Shown: positions 27,424-37,588, counted from the stretch's first letter. The stretch is DNA of 64,000 nucleotides from Spirochaetia bacterium (GCA_965208575.1 CBDBOV010000006.1:896001-960000), one strand, 5' to 3'. The notes: generated by a model from the letters alone, not told the origin. Made by a program: numbers and translations.

Positions 27424-28593
27424 ATGAAGGCAATCGAGCAACGCCTGTTCACTCCCGGCGACGGCGCCACGCCGCCAGCCCTTACCGGACGGAAGCGGGA
27501 GGAGGCGGTGCTTACGCGGTGCTTGGAGGATCTGCTCGGCGGCCGGGCTCCGCCGCACAACGTCGCTCTGACCGGGCCGCGCGGCACCGGCAAGACGGTG
27601 CTGCTGAATTGGTTCAAGCGCGCCTGCCGCGACCGCGAACCGGAAGTGGACGTGGTGAGCCTGACCCCTGCCGACATCCCGACCCGGGACGCGCTGACCG
27701 AGGTTCTGACGCCGCCGCACGGGTTGGCGAAGCTGCTGCCCAGGAAGCTGGGCGTGGCAGCGGTGGGCTCGGTCGAGTGGGCGCCGGCGGCCGGGGGCAT
27801 GCGCAACCTGCGGCAGGAATTGACCGCCCGGTGCCGCAGGAGGCCGCTGGCGACGCTGGTCGACGAGGCGCACACGCTTGACCTCGAGGTGGGCAGAACG
27901 CTGCTCAACGCCAGTCAACAGGTGCGCGACGAGGCGCCGTTTCTGCTGGTGCTGGCCGGCACGCCGGGCTTGGAGGCGCATCTTGGCGCCATGAATGCGA
28001 CGTTCTGGAGTCGGCTGGACGAAGGTCGCCTCGGCATCGGCCTGCTGAGTTCCGCCGCCGCCCGCGCTGCTCTGGTCGTGCCGCTGGCGGCTCACGGCGT
28101 GAGCATCGACACCGCCACCCTCGATGCGGTAGTCAAGGACAGCCAATGCTACCCCTACTTCATCCAGGTCTGGGGCCGCGCCCTGTGGCAGCGGCGTCTG
28201 GCCACCGGCGCGACCCGGCTGTCCGCCGCCCACGCGGCGGCAGCGCAACCCGACGTGGCAACCAGGGTCACCGACTACTACGAGGATCGATACCTGGAGT
28301 TGGATCGATCCGGCTGGCTAGCCATTGCCGAGCGCGTGGCCGACCGTTTCCAATCCATGCCGACGTTGACCTACGAGGAGTTGAAGTCCGCGGTCGCCGC
28401 CGGTCTCGCTGCGAACGCGGACCCGCAGCAGGTGCATACGGCCCTGACCGTCCTGCAGCGCCTGGGCTTCGTCTGGCGCCCGCCCGGCCAGCTTCCGCCG
28501 GTCCGCTACGAGCCCGGAATTCCCTCGCTGATGGCGTACGTACTCGACCATGCCGCACCGTCGCATGGAGAAGCACTTCCCGAGACCAGGTAA
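27424..28593 (+). CDS. AAA ATPase (AAA_16-like) with probable C-terminal winged helix
   Basis: FTPG.G..PP.L.GR, GPRGTGKT, LVDEAH and YPYFIQ motifs. Confidence 0.88.
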   Translation: MKAIEQRLFTPGDGATPPALTGRKREEAVLTRCLEDLLGGRAPPHNVALTGPRGTGKTVLLNWFKRACRDREPEVDVVSLTPADIPTRDALTEVLTPPHGLAKLLPRKLGVAAVGSVEWAPAAGGMRNLRQELTARCRRRPLATLVDEAHTLDLEVGRTLLNASQQVRDEAPFLLVLAGTPGLEAHLGAMNATFWSRLDEGRLGIGLLSSAAARAALVVPLAAHGVSIDTATLDAVVKDSQCYPYFIQVWGRALWQRRLATGATRLSAAHAAAAQPDVATRVTDYYEDRYLELDRSGWLAIAERVADRFQSMPTLTYEELKSAVAAGLAANADPQQVHTALTVLQRLGFVWRPPGQLPPVRYEPGIPSLMAYVLDHAAPSHGEALPETR

Positions 28594-28605
28594 CTCTGCT
28601 CGCTC

Positions 28606-29538
28606 TCAAACCTGCCTGGCGGCATCGGCATCGAGGCGTCCGCCGCCGCCCCGCAGCCGCGGGTCGAGCAGGTCGCGCACCGCGTCGCCGAACATGTTCG
28701 AACAGTACACGACAATCGTCAGGCACAGGCCCGGCCAGACCGCCAGCATTGGCGCCACCTCCATGAACTTGCGCCCCTCCCGGCTGAGCAGGCCTCCCCA
28801 GCTCGGCACCCCGATCGGCAGGCCGAAGCCCAGGAAGCTCAAGCTGGCCTCACTCATGATCACCCCGCCGATGCTGATGCTGAATATGATGATCATGACA
28901 GGCATGATATTGGGCACCACGTGGCGCACCAGTGTCGCGGCGCCGCCGCTGCCGATCGCGGGGGCCGCCAGAAAATAGTCATTCTCCTTGATGCCGATGA
29001 CCGCCGCCCTGACTACTCTCGAGGTGCCGATGCCTCCCGCTATGCCCAGGACCAGTATTATCTGCAACACACCGCGTCCCGCTATCGACATCACGGTCAA
29101 CAACATCAGCAGCCCCGGGAAAGCCATCCAGGCATCGACGAATCTCTGCACAGCCAGGTCCAGCCTACCACCAAGGAATCCTGAAATGCCGCCGATCAGG
29201 GCAGCGACCACGACCGTGAGAGCGCTCGCCGCCAGGCCGACAACTATGGAAAGACGAGCCCCTACGATGAGGCGGCTCAAGAAGTCCCGCCCCAACTGGT
29301 CCGTACCCAGCGGATATTGCGCTGACGGGCCCTGCAGCCTGTCTGCCAGGTGCATTTCCCAGTACGGATAAGGTGCCAGCGCATCGGCAAAGATACTGAC
29401 CAGAATCAATATCAGGATGACGATCCCGCTGACCGTACCCAGCGGCTTTTCCTTCACCATCCTGATAAAGAAATCTGCCAACTGGGAGCGTCTCTTCGGC
29501 TCACTTACCGGTGCTGGTATCCCCGTGGCGTCGCTCAT
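28606..29538 (-). CDS. ABC permease, DppC-like (cassette 4)
   Basis: GTDQLGRD and GDAVRDLLDPR motifs. Confidence 0.95.
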   Translation of the reverse strand: MSDATGIPAPVSEPKRRSQLADFFIRMVKEKPLGTVSGIVILILILVSIFADALAPYPYWEMHLADRLQGPSAQYPLGTDQLGRDFLSRLIVGARLSIVVGLAASALTVVVAALIGGISGFLGGRLDLAVQRFVDAWMAFPGLLMLLTVMSIAGRGVLQIILVLGIAGGIGTSRVVRAAVIGIKENDYFLAAPAIGSGGAATLVRHVVPNIMPVMIIIFSISIGGVIMSEASLSFLGFGLPIGVPSWGGLLSREGRKFMEVAPMLAVWPGLCLTIVVYCSNMFGDAVRDLLDPRLRGGGGRLDADAARQV

Positions 29539-29555
29539 TCTCCTGATTCTCCTGT

Positions 29556-30557
29556 CTACCGGTAACGGACCCTGGGGTCTATATAAGGATAAACCATGTC
29601 GATAAGCAGATTGGTCACCAGCACCAGGGCACCAAAAAACAAGTTTACTCCGGACACCAACGGGTAGTCCCTGTCATTGAGGGCCGTCAGCATGAGACGA
29701 CCGAGCCCCGGCAGGTTGAAGATGTTCTCCATGATAACGGAGCCGCCTACCAGGAGGGGCAACGACAAGCCGACCAGGGTAACTATCGGCATGAGGGCAT
29801 TCCGGATGGCGTGTCTCACAATGACTACCCGCTCCTTGAGACCCTTGGACCAGGCCGTCCTGATATAGTCCTGCCGGAGCACCTCCAGCATCATGGTGCG
29901 CGTCATCCGCATGGTGCCGGCCGACATGGCCGTCCCCAGAATCACGCTGGGAATGATGAGAATCCCGAGATTCCCCAGCGGGTCTTCGGTGAACGGAACC
30001 CAGCGCATCGGTGGCGACCAGCCCCACCAGATCGCGGGGAATATCATGACCATCAGTGCCAGCCAGAAGTTGGGCGTTGCCATGCCGATTACGGCCGCGG
30101 TGCGGCCCACGTAGTCGGCGGCTGTATCCTGGCGAATCGCCGAGTAGATGCCGACCGGCAGTGCGATCACCAGCCCGATTACGATGGCCATGATACCGAG
30201 CTCAATAGTGACCGGCAACCTCCCCAGTATCTCCTCCTCTATCGTCAAGTGGGTGCGCCTCAGTGATTCGCCAAGGGTACCCTGGAGGAGACCCCTGAAG
30301 TGGGCTTCACCGGTCTCCCAATCAGGGGTCGGCAACACTCCCATCCAGCGTCCATACTGCACGTGGACCGGCACGTCCAACCCCAGCATGCGCTCGACAG
30401 CTTCGCGGTCGATGTCGACGCCCCACCGTTCCATCTCCAGCCTCATTGCGTCTATTATGTCGCCGGGGATGAAGCGGACCGCGAGAAAGACCAAGATGGT
30501 CAGGATCAGCAAGGTGGGGATGATGAGCAACAACCGCCTGATGATATAGGCTCTCAT
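29556..30557 (-). CDS. ABC permease, DppB-like (cassette 4)
   Basis: MRAYIIRR...; conserved permease loop. Confidence 0.95.
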   Translation of the reverse strand: MRAYIIRRLLLIIPTLLILTILVFLAVRFIPGDIIDAMRLEMERWGVDIDREAVERMLGLDVPVHVQYGRWMGVLPTPDWETGEAHFRGLLQGTLGESLRRTHLTIEEEILGRLPVTIELGIMAIVIGLVIALPVGIYSAIRQDTAADYVGRTAAVIGMATPNFWLALMVMIFPAIWWGWSPPMRWVPFTEDPLGNLGILIIPSVILGTAMSAGTMRMTRTMMLEVLRQDYIRTAWSKGLKERVVIVRHAIRNALMPIVTLVGLSLPLLVGGSVIMENIFNLPGLGRLMLTALNDRDYPLVSGVNLFFGALVLVTNLLIDMVYPYIDPRVRYR

Positions 30558-30679
30558 GGCACACTCTTCCTTGCGATTTTGCCCGTCATTCGCAGTCTTG
30601 TCCTGAAAAATCAAGGGAGCTGGAAGGCTGCCGCCCGCCAGCTCCCTTTGCGCTACGGTCAGCCACGAGGGGTGAACCC

Positions 30680-32482
30680 CTAGTGACCCATGGCTGCCTT
30701 CAGCGCGCTGTCAATCCAGAGGTAGGCCAGGAACGACTGGGTCTCACTATCGCCTATTCTCATTTCGCCGTTGTAACCAATTATCCACGGTTGGGTTGCC
30801 TGGAACTGTGGGGTTTCAGGACCCCATATCCTGAATTGATTCTCGATGATGTACATGTTCGCCTCTTTGGCCAGCTTGTTCTGCTCGTCAAGAGTGGAAG
30901 CGGCAAACATGGCGTCGATCATGGCGTCATATTCGGGGTCTTGCAAACCGTCGCGGCTCGTTCTCTCCGAATAATACGCCCATGTCAAAGGATTGGGGAG
31001 AGAATACCTGAAGGCCCCTTCCCCCCAACTGATTCGGTAGGTATCCTGATCTGCGGTGACCGCTCCGGTTTCCCCAACACCGAAAACGTCTATCTCGACA
31101 TCCACGCCAATCTCGCGCCAGTATCCGGCGGCCAGTTCTGCATAGCTCACATCGTACCGTTCAAAGTAGGCCATGCCCGTCTTGAACCTGATGCCGTCGG
31201 CGCCGCGCGGATACCCGGCGGCATCAAGCAACGCTTCGGCACCTTCCGGGTCATACCGGTAGGTTGCCTTGATCTCTTCGGGCCACTCCTCGAACGGCGT
31301 GCCGATCCCGGCCACGTCATTGCCTATCCGACCGTGCGGAGTCGCATCGCCATATCCCTTGTAGTAGGTATCCACGATGGTGTCGAGATCCAGTGCCATC
31401 TGCATGGCTTGGCGCACCCGGATGTCATCCCAAGGCGGTCTCTGCAGACCGACGAGAAAGAACACGTTGTCGGACCGGAACTTGTATTCATGCAGCACGA
31501 TTTCGGGGTTGGTCCGGTTGAGGCCCTCTACCTCGTCGATAGACCTCAATTGAGAGTCGCCGACAGTCCCCAGCATATCAAGCTGACCGGCGCGCAGAGC
31601 CGCCAGGCGAGTTGCCCCTTCCGGCATCAACAAGGTCACTACCTTGTCGGTATAGGGCAAGCGGTTGTCCGGGTACTTCGGGTCGTAGCCCCAGTAGTTG
31701 GGATTCTTGGTCCAGGTCCTGGAGCTTTCCTCGACCACCTCCGTCAGCGCATAGGGTCCGGTGCCGACCGTGTTCCGCCAATCCTTGTAGTCGCCGTGTT
31801 CCTCGATCACCTCCGGAGGGTATATCACCGCAATCCATTGGCCGAGAAGATTTTTCAGGGCGTGAAAGTTGGGCTTGTTCAGCTTGAAAACGACCGTCCA
31901 ATCGTCGGTGGCCGTTACCGACTCGAAGTCTTCCGGCGGGAAGCCACCGGCCATCGGGCTGGCTCCGGCTTCACTGAACTTGCCCAGGCCCAATAGCCGC
32001 TGCCAGTTGTACTCGACGTCCTTCGCAGTCAGCTCCCGGCCGTTCATCGGTGCCTTGTCATGCCAGTGAACGCCCTGGCGGATGTTGAAGATGATGGTGG
32101 TATCGTCGGGCGTTTCCCAGCTTTCCGCCAGTGCCCCTCTCCAGGCCGCGGCAGGCTGGTCCGTCAGCACCCGCCAATCCCATATATCCCTGTCCAAAGC
32201 CCAGTTCCCGATGCCGAGCATTTCATTCACCAAACCGATGTTGTGGCTCGCCCAGCCACTGATGTACCAGACATCGCAATGCTCAGCCCAACTGACCCGG
32301 CCATAGGTTATGGTGCCGCCATACTCGGGCGCGCTCACCATCTCGCCGGTGGCGGGGTCGGTCACCATCTCCTTGTCCGCGGCGGCTGCCGGCTCCTCTT
32401 CTGCGCCAGCGGCCCACAGGCCGGTCGCGGTCAGAACCAGGACCAGCGCAACCGCGAACGTCCTCGAAAAAAGTAGCTTCAT
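30680..32482 (-). CDS. ABC transporter substrate-binding protein, family 5 (cassette 4)
   Basis: Signal peptide and family motifs. Confidence 0.95.
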   Translation of the reverse strand: MKLLFSRTFAVALVLVLTATGLWAAGAEEEPAAAADKEMVTDPATGEMVSAPEYGGTITYGRVSWAEHCDVWYISGWASHNIGLVNEMLGIGNWALDRDIWDWRVLTDQPAAAWRGALAESWETPDDTTIIFNIRQGVHWHDKAPMNGRELTAKDVEYNWQRLLGLGKFSEAGASPMAGGFPPEDFESVTATDDWTVVFKLNKPNFHALKNLLGQWIAVIYPPEVIEEHGDYKDWRNTVGTGPYALTEVVEESSRTWTKNPNYWGYDPKYPDNRLPYTDKVVTLLMPEGATRLAALRAGQLDMLGTVGDSQLRSIDEVEGLNRTNPEIVLHEYKFRSDNVFFLVGLQRPPWDDIRVRQAMQMALDLDTIVDTYYKGYGDATPHGRIGNDVAGIGTPFEEWPEEIKATYRYDPEGAEALLDAAGYPRGADGIRFKTGMAYFERYDVSYAELAAGYWREIGVDVEIDVFGVGETGAVTADQDTYRISWGEGAFRYSLPNPLTWAYYSERTSRDGLQDPEYDAMIDAMFAASTLDEQNKLAKEANMYIIENQFRIWGPETPQFQATQPWIIGYNGEMRIGDSETQSFLAYLWIDSALKAAMGH

Positions 32483-32675
32483 CGTTTCTCCCTTCAGAGT
32501 AATCTTGAGAGTATTGCGGAGCGAATCGCCGCTCCCTGGCTACTCTCGGGCCCGCAACGCGCGCAGCCAGGCAGAGTCAATTTGTGCAGGGCGCGGAGTG
32601 TGACTCAGCCGGGTTCAACCGGGCTCACGCCGCGCCCACGCAAGGTTCTTTGAGTATCATTTGGACCTCCTCTCT
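32483..32675 (-). promoter_or_regulatory. MILKEP leader (uORF 32625-32660, MILKEPCVGAA)
   Basis: AGGAGGT and uORF; compensatory stem gggcgcgg/ccgcgccc. Confidence 0.8.
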
Positions 32676-32904
32676 TGGGGCACAGGTGCCCTGCAAGGTG
32701 TGCGTTCGCGTCCCACAGGGGACCATGCCACACCTGCGGTGACCGGTCAAGACACGCATCACACGCATCTCGTTTCGCGAGGCGCTCCAGGAGAGAGGCG
32801 GGCAGGTTCCGCCACCGCGGCTCCTCGAGGTACGAGCACCTGCCGGCGGCGGCTACCGGCCCCGGGCCGCGCAGCCGGGGCCCGGGGAACCGCGCGCACG
32901 CCCA

Positions 32905-32956
32905 ACTGAAGCGCGCGGTCTCAAACCGACCTGGCGGCATCGGCATCGAGGCGTCC
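32905..32956 (-). pseudogene. Remnant of a dppC 3' end
   Basis: Matches 28600-28640 (ctcaaacc..cctggcggcatcggcatcgaggcgtc). Confidence 0.55.
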
Positions 32957-32997
32957 CCCGCAACGAGGAAGGCGCGCACCGGCACTGCCGGCTACCC

Positions 32998-33438
32998 TCA
33001 GGCAAGGATGTCTCGTCCCTCCAGACCGAAGCAGGCAGCAGCATCGAGCATGCGTTGGTCATGACTGTAGACGGCGTCAAACCCGTTGTCGGCGGCGCAC
33101 GTCAGATGGAGCGCATCGGCCGCCCGCACGAACTCAGCGCCGGACACGGTCCTGACTCTCCGGCACGCAACTCGCACGAGTCGGTCGGTGACCGGAATCC
33201 ATCTCCACAGGCCCCGCTCCTCATCGCGACGCAGGCGCTCGAATACGGTGTGCAGCGCGTCGGCACCCAGGTTCCCTTCCCGCTCATGCCTCTTGAACGC
33301 CGCGAACAGCTCCAATCGGCCATGCGAGCAGCAGCTCAACCCCGACTTCCCGGCCAGCCACTCAAGCACACGCGGGCTGCCCGGCTCGTTGAGATAGCAC
33401 TTGGCGATGTATGAGGTATCGAGATAGGTCAGTGTCAG
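32998..33438 (-). CDS. vapC: VapC PIN-domain toxin, probably with a CTG start
   Basis: YLDTSYIAKCYLNEPGS...RAADALHL...SHDQRM..AA. Confidence 0.85.
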   Translation of the reverse strand: MTLTYLDTSYIAKCYLNEPGSPRVLEWLAGKSGLSCCSHGRLELFAAFKRHEREGNLGADALHTVFERLRRDEERGLWRWIPVTDRLVRVACRRVRTVSGAEFVRAADALHLTCAADNGFDAVYSHDQRMLDAAACFGLEGRDILA

Positions 33439-33665
33439 CGTTGCGACCGGTCCCTGGAGATCAACTCGGTGGAGTCCACGCCGACTGCCGGCATGCTCGC
33501 GGGATCGCGCGCGGGAAACGGCTGGCCGACGACTTCCTCATCCGAATACGGCTTGAGTAACGCGATGCGGGTTCCCCGATCGGTGACGATCACCGGCTGC
33601 TGCGTCGCCTGCCGCACGATCCTGCCGGTGCTCTCATGGAGTTCCCGAATCGAGACCACTCTCAC
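33435..33665 (-). CDS. Phd/YefM-family antitoxin
   Basis: VSIRELHE.TG.IVR...VIVTDRG..IALL.P. Confidence 0.85.
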   Translation of the reverse strand: MRVVSIRELHESTGRIVRQATQQPVIVTDRGTRIALLKPYSDEEVVGQPFPARDPASMPAVGVDSTELISRDRSQR

Positions 33666-33884
33666 GACGGCCCGAAAAGTGACACATCGTGACACGCACT
33701 GTCAAGGGAGATCCGCACAGCGCCACAGCAAGGGCTCGCGCAAGAGAAACTCCCGAGTGCCACAGCCGTCAGGAAGCCGTCCGGCAGGTTGCGCCGACGT
33801 TCCCATCGCAGCGCGGAAAGTCGGGTACCATAGTCGGGTGTGGTGGATGGCCCCGCAACGAGGACGTGAGAGACCGGCACGGAG

Positions 33885-35207
33885 GTGGCAGGCGTGACGG
33901 GTCGTGACGCCAGGAGGGGCCGGGAGCGCCGGTGCGGCTCGCCGGGAGCGTTCCGCATCGCGTTCGCGGTTCTCGTCGCGGTGGCGGGGACGCTGGGGCC
34001 TGCGGCGGTGTTCGGGGGGGCGAGCCATGACTGGGTGATGTTCCGCGGCGAGGAGGGGCGCGGCACAACCGAAACCCGGATTCAGCCGCCGCTGGCGGTG
34101 AAGTGGCAGCTTCAGTTGCAGGCCGGCGGCGAGCAGGCGCGCTCGTTCAACCCGCCGGTGGTGGTGGACGACACCATCTACTTCGGCTCCGACGACGGCA
34201 ACTTCTACGCGCTGGACGTGCACAGCGGCTACATGCGGTGGATCTTCAAGTCGCTGGCCCCGGTCAACTCGGTGCCGTTCGCCGATCAGGATCACCTCTA
34301 CTTCGGCTCCAACGACGGCCACGTCTACGCGGTGGCGCGCGACACCGGCGAGGAGCGCTGGCGATTCCCGACCGAGTACACCGTGCAGTCGCTGATCCTG
34401 CGCTACGACGACCTGGTGATGTTCACCAGCGACCGCGGCAACACCCACTTCGTGACCGCCGACGCCGGTCAGGAGGTGCACTACATCCCCAACCCGGTGT
34501 GGTCCTACCACACCTTCCAGGTGTACGACGGCGTGATGTACTGGGCGCCCGGACCGCCCGGCAGCGGCGCCAGCTTCGGCGCCTACGACGTGTACGAGCA
34601 GGGCTACCTGTGGGTGAAGCGCACCACGCCGGGGCTCAACTGGTATTCGTTCCCCGCCCTGCGCGGCGACGAGCTGTTCTACTCGGCCGCCGGTCCCGGA
34701 CGGACGATGACCGGCAACCTGCTGTTCGTCTACTACGCGGTCGACCGGCTCACCGGCGAGGAGCTGTGGCGCGAAGAGGACGAGTCGTTCTTCGGCGATG
34801 CCGGCGAACGCATCTATCAGCCGTACCGGATGTTTGTCGACAACCTGCAGCTCCTGGACTACCTGGCGCCGGCGCTGTGGCGCAACACCGTGATCTACAC
34901 CAGCGGCGACGCCGTGGTGCGCGCCTTCAACTCCCGTAACGGGCGGGAGACGTGGCGCTATACCTTCCAGTACCCCACCAGCAGCGCGCCCACCGTGGCC
35001 GGCGACCGGGTCTACTTCGGCGTGCGCGGCGACGGCGTCCCCGGCGGGCGGCCGCCGCGGCTGGTGGCGCTGTCCGCCCAGAACGGCAAGCTGCTGTGGG
35101 AGATGGACCTGGAGGGCGCCGTGCTCAGCGCCCCGGTGGTGGCCGGCAAGTACCTGATCTTCGGCACCGACCAAAACTACTTCTACGTCATGGAAGAGGT
35201 GTTCTGA
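33885..35207 (+). CDS. PQQ-like beta-propeller repeat protein (BamB-like)
   Basis: Repeated P.V....YFGS.DG..YA.D..G...W motifs; signal peptide. Confidence 0.9.
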   Translation: MAGVTGRDARRGRERRCGSPGAFRIAFAVLVAVAGTLGPAAVFGGASHDWVMFRGEEGRGTTETRIQPPLAVKWQLQLQAGGEQARSFNPPVVVDDTIYFGSDDGNFYALDVHSGYMRWIFKSLAPVNSVPFADQDHLYFGSNDGHVYAVARDTGEERWRFPTEYTVQSLILRYDDLVMFTSDRGNTHFVTADAGQEVHYIPNPVWSYHTFQVYDGVMYWAPGPPGSGASFGAYDVYEQGYLWVKRTTPGLNWYSFPALRGDELFYSAAGPGRTMTGNLLFVYYAVDRLTGEELWREEDESFFGDAGERIYQPYRMFVDNLQLLDYLAPALWRNTVIYTSGDAVVRAFNSRNGRETWRYTFQYPTSSAPTVAGDRVYFGVRGDGVPGGRPPRLVALSAQNGKLLWEMDLEGAVLSAPVVAGKYLIFGTDQNYFYVMEEVF

Positions 35208-35245
35208 AACGGATAGCGGGGGGCGGCATGGCGGAACGCGATCAC
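35203..35245 (-). pseudogene. First codons of a RES-domain toxin
   Basis: GTG overlaps the antitoxin stop and reads VIAFRHAAPRYPF before being cut off. Confidence 0.5.
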
Positions 35246-35591
35246 GCGGCTGGCGAGAACACCAGGGCCTCGGCGAGGTCACGGACCCGTCGCGGACCGG
35301 GATCCTCCGGACGCCATGTCCCACTCAGGAGCTGGGCCGGAGAGCGGCTGCCGAGCAGCTTGCGCGGGCGCTGGAACCAGCGGCGGACTCCGAAGTCGTT
35401 GTAAGCGGCGGCAAGATCCCCGATGACCAGCGCCAGAAAGTGGAGACGGGCGGCAATCTCGTCTGGAGTGGTGCGGCTCCCCGAGTGATAGCGGCGCAGG
35501 CTGGAAGCGGAAATTCCGAGTAGCTGGGCGAGCACGTCGCCGCCGAGCACGTCGTGTACGCCGCGCCATTCCACCGGTGCTGGTTCCGTGT
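35242..35591 (-). pseudogene. Xre/MbcA/ParS-type antitoxin, probably 5'-truncated
   Basis: LAQLLGISASSLRRY HTH; GVRRWFQRPR..L..RSP..LL. Confidence 0.7.
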
Positions 35592-36632
35592 TCAGGGTCG
35601 CGGGCCGCGAATCATGCGCAGGAAGTGGGCCTCGTCGCGGCACTCCAGGGCGGCCTGTACCAGCGCCGCGGTGGACACGGGTTGCAACTCGGCCAGACGC
35701 CGGGGCAAAGCCGCCGACACCGGCAGGCCGCGCAACCGCAACACCTGCAGGACGGCATCCCGCCGTGTCTCCGCAAGCGCCTCCGTCGCGCCTTCCACGA
35801 GGCCCTCCGCATAGCCCGCGGCATGGCCCTCTGCATGGCCCTCTGCATGGCCCGCGGCATGGCCCTGGGCGCGGCTATCCAGGCGCTCGGCCTGCAATTG
35901 CGGGTCGTCATCCGGTCCCGTGCCCTCGGCCGCACCCAGCGTCCGCCCCACGCGGCGCAGCGCCGCCAGCGTGGCCTGCGACAACTCCGGCTCGTTCAGT
36001 GCCCGGTGGATTTCCGCCGCCGTCCAGCCGGCAAAGGCGCGGCTCTGCGCCGCGCCACGGAAGGCGCCGCCCTCCAGCAGGTGGATCGTCAAGCCCGGGC
36101 GCAGGCCGGCCGGGCGGCTCGGGGAGGACTGCTCGGGCACCTCGACCCACACTTCCGGGAAGCCCCACGATTCGTACAGCGACAGCTTGCCGCGGCGCAC
36201 GTCGGTGGTGTTGTCCACCTCCAGGACGACATCCGGCAGCGTGTCGCTGCCCACTTCGATCCGGGCGCCCCCGGGGCGCGTGGTGCGCGGGTGCAGGTAG
36301 ACGGTCTGGTCGGCCTCCAGGATGCGCCGCCAAGCGCCGTCGGCATCGCGCAGCAGGAGGTCGGCGGCGCCGAAGGTCTCGATCGGCGAGCCGCGTACCA
36401 GGGCGATGCGCGTGACCAGCTCGCGCAGGCGCTGGCCTGGATGTTCGTGGTAGACGCTGACCGGCTCGCAAATCATGGCGGTTTCGGTGGCGGCGTCCCA
36501 GTACTCGACGCGGCGCTCACAGTGTTCGATCTCGGCGCGCGACATGCGCACCGCCCGGCAGCCGGGAAACTCCAGCGACGGCTCATCGTGAGCCGCCGCT
36601 GGCGGGGCGGTGGTGACGTGAGGCTCAGGCAT
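35592..36632 (-). CDS. Uma2/DUF820-family endonuclease with a GHAE-repeat tail
   Basis: EADQTVY...PDVVLEVDNTTD...KL.LY..WGFPEVW. Confidence 0.88.
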   Translation of the reverse strand: MPEPHVTTAPPAAAHDEPSLEFPGCRAVRMSRAEIEHCERRVEYWDAATETAMICEPVSVYHEHPGQRLRELVTRIALVRGSPIETFGAADLLLRDADGAWRRILEADQTVYLHPRTTRPGGARIEVGSDTLPDVVLEVDNTTDVRRGKLSLYESWGFPEVWVEVPEQSSPSRPAGLRPGLTIHLLEGGAFRGAAQSRAFAGWTAAEIHRALNEPELSQATLAALRRVGRTLGAAEGTGPDDDPQLQAERLDSRAQGHAAGHAEGHAEGHAAGYAEGLVEGATEALAETRRDAVLQVLRLRGLPVSAALPRRLAELQPVSTAALVQAALECRDEAHFLRMIRGPRP

Positions 36633-36713
36633 GGTACGACGGTAGCACATTCAGACCGTTCATTCCAGGATCGATTGCTCCGTCCCTTGCGAGGCCGATC
36701 GCGTGCGAGCGCT

Positions 36714-36743
36714 GAGCAGGCGCGCTCGTTCAACCCGCCGGTG
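36714..36743 (+). repeat. Exact 30-bp copy of 34131-34160
   Basis: gagcaggcgcgctcgttcaacccgccggtg present at both positions. Confidence 0.9.
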
Positions 36744-36826
36744 TCAAAAATGCTCAGCGAGCCCCGGAAGACGCCACGTTCCTGACTACACAACTGCGGG
36801 CGCCGTTCTGATACTATCGCGCCGAT

Positions 36827-37588
36827 ATGGCGGTTGATGTATTGGCGGTGTGCGCGCATCCCGACGATGCCGAACTGGGGTGCGCCGGCCTCTTGCTGCG
36901 CTGCAAGGCGGCCGGGGCGCGCATCGGCGTGGTGGACCTGACCCGCGGCGAACTGGGCACGCGCGGCAACGCGGCGTTGCGGGACGAGGAGCGTTCCCGC
37001 GCCACCGCCATCCTGGGGCTGGACGTACGGCGGGACCTGGACCTGCCGGACGGCTTCGTCGAGCGCACCGTCGAGTATCGCACGCGGCTGGTGGAGGTGA
37101 TCCGCAGCGAGCAGCCGCGCATGCTGGTGGGCCCCTACTGGGAGGATCACCATCCCGATCACGTCAACACCAGCCTGCTGATGAAGGACGCCTGGTGGTT
37201 CGCCGGCGTGGCCAAGCACCCCGGAGGCCCGCATGCCCACCGCCCGGAGGCGATGCTGTTCCAACTGTCACGCTACGTCGCGCGCCCTTCGCTGATCGTG
37301 GACATCAGCGAGCAGTTCGCCACCAAGGCGCGCGCGGTGGCCTGCTACGCCTCGCAACTGCACCGCGCGGCGCCGACGGATGGCACCACCGACGGAGACG
37401 CCACGGCAGCGGACGCAGAGCCGGAGACCTACCTGTCCCGGTCCGACTTCCTGGCCGCCTGGGAGGGCCGCCACCGCTACTACGGGCGCATGATCGGCGC
37501 CGAGTTCGGGGAGGCCTACCTGATGCGCAACCCGGTGCCGATCACCGACCCGATGACCCTGCTAGCCGGCCGGCCCGGTGTGATGTAG
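36827..37588 (+). CDS. bshB1: PIG-L/LmbE-family deacetylase, BshB1-like
   Basis: AHPDDAEL, DLTRGELGTRG, HPDH, Y.SQ and GEAY motifs. Confidence 0.8.
   Translation: MAVDVLAVCAHPDDAELGCAGLLLRCKAAGARIGVVDLTRGELGTRGNAALRDEERSRATAILGLDVRRDLDLPDGFVERTVEYRTRLVEVIRSEQPRMLVGPYWEDHHPDHVNTSLLMKDAWWFAGVAKHPGGPHAHRPEAMLFQLSRYVARPSLIVDISEQFATKARAVACYASQLHRAAPTDGTTDGDATAADAEPETYLSRSDFLAAWEGRHRYYGRMIGAEFGEAYLMRNPVPITDPMTLLAGRPGVM

Noticed and set aside
25320-27908. 862-aa extended SBP
   Set aside because: The extension is antisense to the AAA ATPase and crosses the leader. The signal peptide and paralogs place the start at 27086.
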